From positions 22,818,001-22,882,000 of the forward strand of contig NC_087437.1 of NCBI RefSeq assembly GCF_036321535.1: DNA of 64,000 bases. The letters are read 5' to 3'. The position numbers and the translations under genes were made by a program. Source of the stretch: Camelus dromedarius (taxonomy: Eukaryota). The notes under the pieces are model-generated. The model worked only from the letters and a program-made list of their open reading frames with translations, was not told the DNA's origin and did not search any database. The first letter of the stretch is position 1. The number at the start of each line of letters is the position of its first letter. This document shows, piece after piece, positions 52,575-64,000 of the stretch.

Positions 52575-52859
52575 TGACTGGCTCGGAGGAGGCGCCGCCG
52601 GAGTAGGAGGGCGGGGAGCTCGGAGGAGGGAGCCCGAGAGTTGTGGAGACTAGTGACTGGGAGAAGTCGCAGCCTGCTCTGGTCGGTTCCTTCCCGCTCC
52701 CCGTCTCTCTTCACACACCTACTCTGCCTCCCGCCCCAACCCGCGCCCTCGCTCCTTCTCTCGCCCGGGGGCCCCTGCCGGTCGCTCTCCAGGTTTCGGC
52801 GCGGCGGGGGCGCCCCGGGGGTGCCCTCGCCCTCCGGGTGCGGACGGGCGGCGGGCGGG

Positions 52860-53516
52860 ATGTGGCGCCTGGTGCCCCCGAAGCTGGGCCGCCTGTCCCG
52901 CTCGCTGAAGCTGGCGGCGCTGGGCAGCCTGTTGGTGCTGATGGTGATGCACTCGCCGTCGCTGCTCGCCTCCTGGCAGCGGAACGAGCTGGCCGACCGG
53001 CGTTTCCTGCAGCTCAATAAGTGCCCGGCGTGCTTCGGCACGAGCTGGTGCCGCCGCTTTCTCAACGGGCAGGTGGTGTTCGAGGCGTGGGGCCGCTTGC
53101 GCCTGCTGGACTTCCTCAACGTGAAGAACGTCTACTTCGCACAGTACGGCGAGCCCCGGGAGGGCGGCCGCCGCCGAGTGGTGCTCAAGCGCCTCGGCTC
53201 GCAGCGCGAGCTGGCGCAGCTCGACCAGAGCATCTGCAAGCGGGCCACCGGCCGGCCCCGCTGCGACCTGCTCCAGGCCATGCCCCGCACCGAGTTCGCG
53301 CGCCTCAACGGCGACGTGCGGCTGCTCACGCCCGAGGCGGTGGAGGGCTGGTCCGACCTGGTGCACTGCCCCTCTCAGCGCCTGCTCGACCGCCTGGTGC
53401 GCCGCTACGCTGAGACCAAGGACTCTGGCAGCTTCCTACTCCGCAACCTCAAGGACTCGGAGCGCATGCAGCTGCTGCTGACCCTGGCCTTCAACCCCGA
53501 GCCGCTGGTGCTACAG
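52860..53516 (+). CDS. DIPK2A: DIPK2A (divergent protein kinase domain 2A; C3orf58/DIA1/GoPro49) coding exon 1, codons 1-219; partial gene
   Basis: Translation MWRLVPPKLGRLSRSLKLAALGSLLVLMVMHSPSLLASWQRNELADRRFLQLNKCPACFGTSWC...AFNPEPLVLQ matches the recalled N-terminal half of DIPK2A (hydrophobic signal/anchor, CPACFG motif). ATG 52860 has G at -3. The exon is 657 nt and ends at CAG|GTAGGC (GT 53517-53518). The rest of the 440-aa track ORF is 5'UTR and intron read-through. Confidence 0.97.
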
Positions 53517-56500
53517 GTAGGCGTGGAGCCCGGGCTGGGGGCGTCCTGCCGGGAGGGCCGGGAGGGGAACGGGAGTTGGGAGAAGCGGCCCCGCCCACGC
53601 GCGTTTCCCAGTCTGGACCCGGCCCGGCGAGGCCAGGCGGCGGGCATGGGAAGGGGGCGACGCTGGGGGACCCCTGGGCACTGTGCGGGATGGCGGTGGG
53701 CGTCGCGACTGGTGGAGAGTCTGCTCTTGTCACCTAGACGCGGGCGCAATCTCGGATCTGACTGCGGATCCCTCAACGCCAGAGGGAGCGCGTCTTGTAC
53801 ACTCCCAAAATGTCTCTCCCGCGAGTTCCTTCGGCTCTCCTCCCTCCCTTTCTGCTTTGATCCGCCAGGGCTTGCAATTCCACAACTCAGTCTGTTCAGG
53901 AGCCCTTGGACCTTCCTTAGTTCTTCTCAAGTGTTTCTACACCGCATTTGCTCTCCCTTTTAGTACCTGTGTGGCTGGTTTAACTTCGGCCTCCAAGTCT
54001 TTCTTTGTTTTATTCCTGAGCTCTTTCACCTGGCAGATCATTGAGGCAGCTAATTTGGGGACGAACTCGGGAGGATAAGGTCAGAGAATGGGGACCGTGG
54101 GCCAGGGTGAGATTAATCCTTGAGCCGTGCTTTGAATGGGATTAGGAAGAGGAAAAACTAGGGCATCGTTGGACATGGGGCTGCGAAGGTTTAAGGCCAA
54201 TACATTTTCATCCTGATCCTGTGACCTGCCCTATTCCTTTGGTAATTTGGCTGCAGGAAGGAGATGAAATGTTAGGGCCAGGAGAAATAGAGAAAGGAGA
54301 GTCTCACCTTTCTTCTAATTGACTTACAGGCTCTCTCATGACTTTATTTTGAAAGCAAATGTGCCTTTTAAGGGAGTAGGTTGGGGTCTTTTATACTGGT
54401 GACAGCAAAAAAGAAAACAACCCCCCCCCCCCAACTGTGTTTTCCTTGGGAATAGTGACTGAGTTTATACACATTCCCACCACTCCCCTTTAGTGCGGTG
54501 TCCTTGGGTAGTGATTGCAGCTGGGGATTGTGATCTCTCCTGATAACGCAGGGAAAGTTACCTTGCCCCTTTTCCATACCTGTTGTGCTGTACTTCAAAT
54601 GCAAGGGGGAAAATGATTTACAATTAATCACAAGTAATTTTGGTATATTTCACTCCGTGTCTGTGCTGCTAAGAGTGTCACTAATGGCCGGGAGGTTTGT
54701 AGAGGGTTATATTGTTTAAATCTAAAGTACATGAATAGGAATGTGCAGTATTTGTTATATTACAGCTTTCTTTTCTCAAGTTCTCCACTGCCTAGCTTAG
54801 CTAAGAGAAACCAGTTTTGTTTGATTAGTGCAGCTAAATAATTTTAACACAAAATAAATATTTTGCCTCAAACAAAACTTTAGTGTTGATCTTAGTAAAT
54901 TTTAAGGCATTATAGGTTGTATGTAATGGGTCACTTAAAGTACAGACTGTGTATTAAATGCTGCTCTTTTTAACAGTGAATGGTATATAAAACTGGATAA
55001 ACTTCCGTGGGAGAAATTACTTTATTTGGTACTTTCAAAACTCTAAAGTGTAAGTCCATATTTATGGTATATATGTTTGATTTGAAACTTTTTTTTTTTT
55101 CACTTATAATGCCTTTCTCTTTGAGAAATAGATGTTTATGTTAATACAGTTGATCTCTGGGGAATGCTTTAGCAGTATAGTTTGCTGAGTTAGTCTGTCA
55201 AATTCTCTGGGACTCAAAAACAGTAGGGAGTTATCTTAGTAATACACATTTTCTGCATCTATAATTGTGTATGCATATTGAACAGTTTTTATCAAGTAAT
55301 TCTGAGTATTGTTATGAGTATGTGTTAGAAACAACTAATATTAGAACCAGTATTTTAAGAGTGTTATATATCCAGTTCTATAAACATTTGGCATTTAAAT
55401 ATGAGAAACTTTGGCATTTGATGTACACTAAAGTAAATCTGCCTTATTTGGGAAGATTTTATATTTTTTGAAGTTTGACATTGTCTTGGCTTTTTCAGTT
55501 TATTATTGAGATAGGCAAGGATGCTTGTATCTTATTTTATGATTAACTCTTTCCCTAAGCTTAGTCTTTCTTCCTGTTTTCATCTGTAGTGATAAACAGC
55601 TTTAAACAAAATCACAGTTATTTTTGTAATTTAAACTTAGTGACACAATTGCTCTGAGTGGGTGGCTGGATGGGTTATAGGATAAGAATTTTTCCTTTGT
55701 GAGGATATATATGTATCAACATTGTTCACTGTGACACTTGTAAATTGAATTTTTAATTTAGTCAACCCAGTTTTGTAACTACTTACATGCTGTATGAAAT
55801 ATAAATTTGAGGTCTTTAGCACTAGTCATTCATATTGGTATGTTTAGTTTTTACCTGATGAACAGCAAGTAGAATAAGTAGACTTATTTTTAAATGAAAG
55901 GTCTTCATAGAGCTGCTACTGTCCTTGTAGAACAACTTCATCTTTGGTAAAAAACTAGTGAGTGAAGTATGAACAATATAATTAAGGTTCGATGACAGTG
56001 TAAAATCAGTAAAGTAAAAAGAATCTCAGAATTCTGGATCCAATACAAAGATTGTTATATAAGAAGTCAAATCATGATGTTTATTATTTATTACTTTCTG
56101 TCAGCTAGACAAACATACATAATTTTAGTATTTATACAAGTTTCTGTGAAACTGTTAATAGCTGTTTATGGTAGTAATGGGGTATTAATTGATAATGGTA
56201 GGCAAACTCACTCAAATTGTGCTCTCTGTGTATATTTTGGGGTTTATATATCTTTAAAAAATATTATTAAGGGTACAAGTGTGTGTTTTACAGCTTAAAA
56301 GAGGAATTCACTTTTTTTTTCCAGGAGAGGGAGCTACTTATTGAATTTTTGGACAGCTGGTGACAAACTAGATTTTTCTTATATTTCCCCCAAATTAACT
56401 ATTTGGGGAAAAAAAATCTTTTGAACTGAATTCATCAAACTATTCTTAACAAAGGTTCCAATGTAGTAAACATGCTTCCAAAATAAACATTTAAAAAAAA

Positions 56501-59429
56501 TCTCTTTTTATAAGGTACTAAAGAACTGAAAATTATATATTAATTTAACCCATTAAACTTGCCTCTTGCTGATTTTAAGAAACAATAAAAACCTGAAGTT
56601 TCTTTTAAGCCTTGAAAAGAAACATGAATGGTATTAAATATAAGATACATTATGGACATACTTTATGTAAGGCTATACAGACAGATCTGAAATACAGATT
56701 TCCTGATATGAAATGATACGGAAGTACAACTCTCTTCCCATGGTTGGATATAGTTTTACTAGCTTACAGTAGCTTATCTAGCTCTAAGGGAAGTTGTTTT
56801 TTAGAATTATCTTCTAAAAAATTTTATAAACATCAAGCAACAAGATAATACTAGAACCTTTTTTTCTAGTCTGATACTTTCTCTTTTCATTGTTACCTCA
56901 TCAATAAGTATATTTTAATTACAGGTATGCCATAATCTTATGGGAAAAATGCAGAGAGGGACTTTGTAACATTGTGTATAACATTCTTGGAATAGTCAAA
57001 AATTGAGGTGTTGAAGTATTTGGCACGATAACAAGAGGTTTTCTGTTATTGGTAAAATTTCTACCAGCATTTGTACTTACCTATTCTTGAATTTATTGAA
57101 ATTGTGTGTGAGAGAGAAAAATGTGCCTGGATTTCCTGAAGTCCAAACTGTATTCTAACTTTATGACCTGGAAATAGTGAACATGATTTTGTTTACAGGG
57201 ATAAGAAAACTCTTATTTGTTTAGGCATGAGAAGGTGAGAATTTGTTTTATTATATTTGTGGAACTTTGTCTTAAACTTTCTGAATGATAGTTTTAATAG
57301 GATTTCCTTAATTTTTATAGTATGTAACTATCATTGTTTAAGCTGTAAATTTTAAGCTTTCATTTCAGTTCTTATAAATGACATAATACTTGGAAAACTT
57401 TTTACGTAGTGCCTGATGCATAGTATGCACTCAGTAAATGTTAGATATTAAATAAGGTTAAAAGTAATTAGTGCATTTGAATAGCAGTTTTGAAGCTTGT
57501 TTGGAATATGAATCACCTTAAAAATAGTTATGATTCTGAATATCAACCATATCTTTAGTTGCACTGATTTAATCCATTCCTACATTACAAGATGTATTTT
57601 TGCAGTACACTTTGAATGTTTTTATTTTTGTCCTTAAAAATAATTTCTATGGGAGAAGAATGTATTTTTTAAGGTGCACTGTCTAAGATGCAGCTTTTGA
57701 TGTGAATAAAAGATTATGGTCTTTACCTTGGACCAGTTGATAAACATGGACTCCCTTCACTTAACTGTAAAATGAGACTATTGGATTAGATCTTTTCCTT
57801 TTCAACCCTGACATCCTGTGACAATCAAAGTCTTGAGAAATTATTGTTTGTTCTACTTCTGAGCTTAACTTTGACTGGTAGGTTTAAACTCTTCTAGAAG
57901 AACTTGGGGGTTTGGGTACTTTGATCTCTGCTGGAAAATATGGATTGGAGACCAGGATAGATAGCCCTGATTTAAGCTTATCTTCCTATCCCCAATTTTC
58001 ACACGTGTGAAATTAGATTAAAACAAAACAGAAATTTAAGACTGCCTTTAAAGGAAAAAAACATGGAGCTAAAGGTAGCTAAGGATCTTGTGGGGCAATA
58101 GCACCTAGAAGGGATGTTCCAGACTTTGTCTCAGGGGTTTATTTTTCAACAGTTTAGGGAGCCACCTACTTCTTTCGCGCTGGCTGCTGCTGTAGTAACT
58201 GCACTCTCAGAGTTAGGCTTCAGAGATGATTCTGACTAGATAGTTCTGAATAGAGAACTTTCTATCTAATAAATTCATAAGCTTAAATCTAGAGTGATTT
58301 TTTTTCTTTCTTTTTTTTTTCTTTTATCATCAGAGGTTTCATTGACACTTTTAACACTTGATCATCTTGCGTCATAAAACAAACCAAAATAATAAAATCT
58401 GTTTAACTCAGGTCCAAAAAAGGAGACTTTTATTTTGGAAAGATATAGAAACAGACAATAACTCTTAGGAAAGCACCACTTCCAGATCAGTGGAGCAAAA
58501 TCATTTGACACCCTGGCCTATTTTCTGGATATAGCCATATCTTTTGACCATTATTAGTTCTGAGGTCCTTTCTGTACTTTTGTCTAATCTTTGAACTCTT
58601 TTCCCTCAAATATCTCTTGCATGGATCAGCACATTTTCCTCATCCATGTTGGCTGGGAATAGAAAGCTTACTTTTTGGGAATCTGCTTTCTGGAGATAGG
58701 TGGTCACTTTCTCAGGGGATAATCAGACTTTTTTTAGTCTGATTTTCTGGCTTATTGTCTCTGGCCAATTTCCTATATTGCTGTTATTGCTGCTGACTCT
58801 TCACAAAATACTGACATATTTTTTTTCTTTTCTTTTCACTCATTATGCATATATTAAACTAATATGACCTTTGAATATAAGCCCTGCATTTTTTTCTGTA
58901 TATACAATGGACTTTAGTAAATAATTGTAAAATGTCTTAAGATTGTAAATTATTGATGTAAGATGAGGATAGTTATTCATCATTCATCCTGGTCATAGAC
59001 CCTGAAAGGTTTTAAATTATGTAATCAAGTTTTTTATCCATTTTTTTATGTCTTTTTAATAGATTCTTGGTACAAAATTTTCTGTGAAATACCTGGAAGC
59101 TCTTTGGACTTCCAGCTCTGGATTTAGAGTTAGAAGAACTGAATTTTGTTTGTTCACTTGGTAAATAGTCTGTTATAAGGCATTTGGACTGAAAAGGTCT
59201 TTCTAGGCAGCAAGTAGCTTAGCTATATGTAGGAGGTAGGTATATAAACAACTAATTATAATCAATATAGCATAGAAAGCCTTACAAAAACATATTGTGC
59301 ACCCTGTCAGATGACTCATTATGGAGGGACATCTGCATGTGTCTTTTTAGGAGTGGATACCTGGGAAGATTTCACAGTGGATTAGAGGTTTGAGGATAAA
59401 TGAGATTTTGCCCATAGATTGGGGGAGGC

Positions 59430-59640
59430 AAGAGGTGTGGTGAGGGCAGTACTGAGATAACATTCAGTACTACCACAAAGCTGTTGGGTGGCAATGAACA
59501 AGTCACTTAATGTTTCAGAGCCTGAGTTTTTAATCAGTAAAATGGGAATGTTACTACTTATCCAATAGGATTGTTTTAAATTATCAAAGGAAAAAGGATT
59601 ATTCAGATCATATAACAAAATGTCTTTAAAGTTTTTTACA
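59430..59640 (+). mobile_element. MIR SINE (intronic)
   Basis: caagtcacttaatgtttcagagcctgagtttttaatcagtaaaatgggaat...ataggattgtt. Confidence 0.8.
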
Positions 59641-60179
59641 GTGTATCATTACTTTGCAAATCAGCTTATTCCATTTTTAGACAGCCATAGTAGCTGAAAA
59701 GTTCTGTAGTACACTGTGTTGACATCTGTCGTCGAAATATATAAATTTTACTCTCCTTATGGCAAATGTTCAAATGTCGCCTCCTTTACACACACACACA
59801 CACACACGTCATAAATACCTATGTTAGCTGCTGCTTCGGGCTACAGCTTTTTTGGAATAGTAGTTAAAAGGGAGATTAGAGATTTGTTCCATATGATGAA
59901 TATTGTAAGAAACCTGGTTTATATAAAGATTCAGTAATACAAAACAGTTTACTTTTTATCTGTAAATCATTAAGTTTAATAATTCTACTTAGTACATTGA
60001 TGAATGATAATTTGAAAAATAGAGGTTAAGTCTGAGTTATTTATAGGCATTCTTAGACTCTGAGACAGAACCTTAAAAGATTTACTGTCTGAGGTAGGTA
60101 TGATGTTTCAGGGTCTTCTTCATACTTTGCCTTAGTGCTCATTTGGAGTTTTAACTGAAATGCAGAGATCTGACAAGAA

Positions 60180-60940
60180 TTATTCAGCATTGTTCAGTAG
60201 TGCCAGGAACTGACCTGTATATGCCCTTAGGGTAGAGTAAAGACAGGCCGGGCACAGTTTGCACAGTCTTTGCTTTCTGGGGCATTAGGTTTGGGCAGCA
60301 AATAAAGAGCAAGGTAATTTTAGATTTTACATACTTTAAAAAGAACAAAGCAGATTCCTGTGATGGAGAATTGGATTGAGGATAGAATACTTTAAATTGG
60401 GTGGTCAGGAAGAGTGACATTTTATCTGAGGTGTGAATGATGAGAAAAAGCCAGTGGTGTGAAGTTCTGATGGCAGAGTATTTTAAGCAAGAGATATGGC
60501 AAATTCAGAGGCCCCAAAGCAAGATCAAGCAGCAGAGTAGGGAAGCATGGTAGAACAAAAGATCATAGAGGTAGGCAAGGCCCATGTCCTGTATAGCCTT
60601 GTAAACATGCTTAATGAGTTTAGGATTTTGTTTTCAGTGCAGTGGGAAACAATAGACATGTTTTTAGCAGGGCCTGATTGGTGGAGATTGCGTTGTAAGA
60701 GGGTAAGAGAGGAATCAGGCTTTTGCACCAGATTGTGGGAGAAAGCTTGGTGGTTTGTACTAAGGTGGTTGATGATGGGTTATGGTGCGAGGGAAAGAGA
60801 GAAATAAAGGATATCTTCAGGGTTTTGGTCTCAGCAACTACTGAATGACAATTCCTTATTATGATGAGGAAGCCCAGAGAAGGAATGGCTTTGGGGTAGG
60901 GAAAAGTCAAGAATTTCATTTTGACTATGTTATATTTAAG
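60180..60940 (-). mobile_element. LINE-2 (intronic)
   Basis: gggtggtcaggaagagtgacattt...tgaatgatgagaa... gagtttaggatttt... ggttttggtctcagcaacta. Confidence 0.8.
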
Positions 60941-62564
60941 GCAACAACAGGAAAGGAAATCTAAAACCAGGCACCAGATATTTAATGCAGAGAGATACTA
61001 TGCTCCTAGCAGATATTTTGCTATACTTCTGAAGGGCTGTGTTAATTTATGTTTTAAGGGAATGGGAAAAGTTAGTACTGTTCTGTTGGCAGACTGTTAA
61101 AAAGAAATCAGATCTTGACCAAAGAAAGTAAGATAGCATTCTTAGGTTATTGGGTCCAAAAGAAGTTGTTTGTATCTTTTTTCCCCCCTTTATTTGTCAT
61201 TTTGTTTTACTGGAAGTAAATATTTGAGTGTCATGTTTCTAAGCATATATTTGAACTTAGAAACGTAGATCACAGTTGCTGATTCTCACAAGATAAGAAA
61301 AGGTCAGTTGAGACTAGTAAATTTATGCATATTTAAAATTTGTGGCCAAGTGATTTTTTTTTAAGGTGGCAGAGATTATTTCTTAAGCTGTTTATTTTAA
61401 AAGATGGTTTATTTCTATGAAACTTGGTAGATTTTTTTGTCATTGATGTGTCGTAACGTTAGTTTCCAATTTTAGATACAGTTGTTGGGCATAATATTCA
61501 GTAAAATAACACAACTTTGCTATTTTCAAGGCATTGCTTAATATTGTTGGAATTCTAGGTGGGTGGAAATGGCATTCAGAAAATTATGTAATGAAATAAA
61601 TGGAACATATCCTGTAACTTGAAAATATGAGGTTAAGATTCTGTAGTATTTGCAATGGATTTGGCCACTATTTGGCGGTATAAATTAAGCCAAGGTCTTA
61701 GAGAAATTTTAGCAAAAATTAGGTAACCATTAAATCATCCCAGTAATTTTACTATATTCCCCCTCCAGACAGTTCACAAAACTGTGAACACATTAGTCTG
61801 TCACCAGTACAGTTGACTAGTCTCCATGAACAGCTGTTATAACATGTGTTACTACAGGGGGATTTTGTTCAAATTTGGGCTTTTAAAAATAATTTTGAAA
61901 CTGAAATTAAACCTTTAAGCATTTTCTTTGTTTTTGATAACATTTTCTTTCTAAAAGTGTTCTCAAGTTTAAATTTGTGTGTGTGCACACAGAATTGCCA
62001 GTTCTGTAGAAAACCTATAACTGGATTTTAGATTGTATGTTTTGATTATTAATGGATTTTTTTTCAAGTCATAGTCTTTTTACTAGGAATTTTCTTCTTT
62101 AAAAAGAAAAAATAGTCTCGTAACACATTTCTTCTTTCGGCCAACTGCAAAGTTGTGTTCCTTTTAATGGAGTGTTGTGAGATAATAAATGGCTATAAAA
62201 TATTTTTTAGTATGGAAGCATTTGTGATCTTTTAAACATGATATGTAAACCCTACTTTTGGTTTTGTAAAGAGAAAAAGAAAAAGATAATAGAACACAAG
62301 TGCATTAGAGTTGACCTTATTCTATCAGTTTTACTTATATGTCGCATGTCATCAGGGACTGTGTTCTGACGTAATAGAATAAAATTACCTAATTAATCTG
62401 GTAAGACAATGACTGTTGATTAAAGGATATTGTGATAATTGTGAAAACTTGTTTTTCAGAGTGATGCTATATACCACAGAATATTTGTTAACTCCGGTAT
62501 ATAAGATGTTTCTGAAAGTTAAGGTTTTGACACATGCTATAGTATGTATAGCATGTTGAAGAGC

Positions 62565-62995
62565 TTGTATTTTATTTGTAAGTCCCAACATGATCTGATC
62601 CCAAGTCCCTCTCCAGACTGTTACCTCAAGCCATTTCCTCCTCGTTTATTTCACTGCAGCTGCCTTGGCCTTTATTTCAGTTCTGAGAAGACAGTTTCTG
62701 GCTCTAACATGTGCTGGGAACATTCTTACTGCCTCATCCCCAGTCTATGTAATATTATACTCCTCCTTGAGATCTCACCCTAAGTAGCACTTCCTTATGG
62801 AGGCCGCCCTTCACCACACAATCTAAAATAGGTCTCTACTTTTCTTTCTCAGTATACTCTATACTTTTCTGTAGTTATAACAAATTTCATAATTTATAAT
62901 GTATATGTGTTTAATAACCATCTTCCCAACTCAGGCTGAAAAGCTTTCCTGAGGATAGAGACTATTTTATTTACAACTGTTTACATAGCATTTCA
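62565..62995 (+). mobile_element. LINE-2 (intronic)
   Basis: catgatctg...cactgcagc...tggccttt...tgctgggaacattctt...cacttcct...cctgaggatagagact. Confidence 0.7.
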
Positions 62996-64000
62996 TGGGG
63001 GAGTTAGGCTAGATCTAGGACTTTTTAATTCAAAATTTGTATCCTTTTTATTCTACAGTAACTGTCTCACTGCCTTTTACTCCAGCTACTTGTAGTAGTC
63101 AATGAAATGTGGGTTGACCAACAATCCCTTATCTGCAAATCCAAATTTAAAAACCTGTAGAAAAATAGGTTTTGTCAAATCAAAAACAAACATGTGAAAA
63201 CACATAAGCTAATTTATCTGGTTTAACCCATGTGGGATGAATAAGCTTATGTTATTTTTGCAGCATAATACGTTTCTCTTGTGACAAGTTGCCCCAGACT
63301 CTCCTGGGGTCATTGCATAATATGAGTATGAAATACATGCACTATTACCTTTCCAAAATTTAAAACCTTCTGAAACAGAAGGTTATTGGATTGAGAGGTT
63401 GTGTTAGCCTGACTTTGCCTCTTACTACCTATGTGACTTGAGATAAGTTATTTAAGGTATGCTGATAAGATTTCATACTAGAATTACAACTCGGGTACCC
63501 TCTAACTCTTAACCATGTTTCACTTGATCTTAAAATTTCTATTTTTAATTTTTACATTTATAATACTCAATAGACTTTTTCTTTGGGTGGTCACTAACAA
63601 CATAAAAATAAAAAAACGGTAGTGTAATAGGGAATATATTGTTTTGGAACTACTTTGTGCCTCCATATAACTTTAAACTAATACTTTGTTTTAAAAACTT
63701 TGCATATTACACTTTATGTCATACATTCAAGCCTGATGAAAAGTCTGAACAATTTTATTGGAGTGCCTCCAATCCAAGTAGAATTTAAATTATTTCCAAT
63801 TTAAAGACTCTTTCCTTCAAAAGAAAGGTGTTTGTACACATTTTTTTTTTTTGATTCTTTAAAATACACCCATTTTATTTCAGTTTACTTTAAACTGTGT
63901 GCCTGCTGTGTGGAATTTGAATAACTGATTTTAGGATTTTGCTTAAATTTTTAAAAATGTGTACCTTAGTGATAAACGTCTTATCTGAGCTACTGTGTTA

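Larger units (their letters stand above)
51370..53830. promoter_or_regulatory. CpG island promoter of DIPK2A
   Basis: Abrupt switch from AT-rich, CpG-depleted DNA to GC-rich DNA with dense CpG. Multiple GC boxes (ccccgccc at ~51961 and 52730 region; gggcgggg ~52609). Overlaps exon 1. Confidence 0.93.
53517..64000 (+). other. DIPK2A: DIPK2A intron 1 (continues beyond window)
   Basis: Starts with a GT donor and G-triplet-rich sequence. I found no downstream sequence encoding the expected continuation (SFPSDEGWPFAKY...). Confidence 0.85.

Noticed and set aside
51364..53930. Many overlapping Arg/Pro/Gly/Ala-rich ORFs on both strands, including 215-aa and 226-aa antisense ORFs
   Set aside because: Expected from stop-codon scarcity in a CpG island and the antisense shadow of a GC3-rich exon; no recognisable domains.
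52641..53963. 440-aa single-exon ORF as the real protein
   Set aside because: Homology covers only codons 74-292. A canonical GT donor follows ...PLVLQ, and the remainder is low-complexity intron read-through.

Overview
This is mammalian (eutherian) genomic DNA, not a prokaryotic locus. About 51 kb of AT-rich, repeat-dense intergenic sequence is followed by a CpG island (~51.4-53.8 kb) carrying the promoter and first coding exon of DIPK2A (C3orf58/DIA1/GoPro49). That exon runs from ATG 52860 to a phase-0 donor after 53516 (219 codons); intron 1 fills the rest and exon 2 is not in the window. The young L1 3' ends look cetartiodactyl-type, and I saw no Alu, B1, Bov-tA, PRE-1, CHR-2 or SINEC copies, which suggests a camelid (inference). 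Nearly all other ORFs in the track are spurious or are L1/ERV remnants. I found no convincing novel multi-gene system. The most interesting signals are structural: two candidate L1 3' transductions (~700 bp and ~90 bp), a twin-primed 5'-inverted L1 with a perfect 16-bp TSD, an inverted ERVL-integrase/MLT1 chimera, and two related ERV1-type solo LTRs, one nested in a MER21. Others are a MER53 hairpin with a near-miR-1302 sequence, and unusual features of the DIPK2A promoter and 5'UTR (G4 abutting the AUG, stop-free in-frame upstream extension, Z-DNA/NRF1 double palindrome). Repeat family names are from recall of consensus sequences, not from a database search; boundaries without a TSD are approximate.
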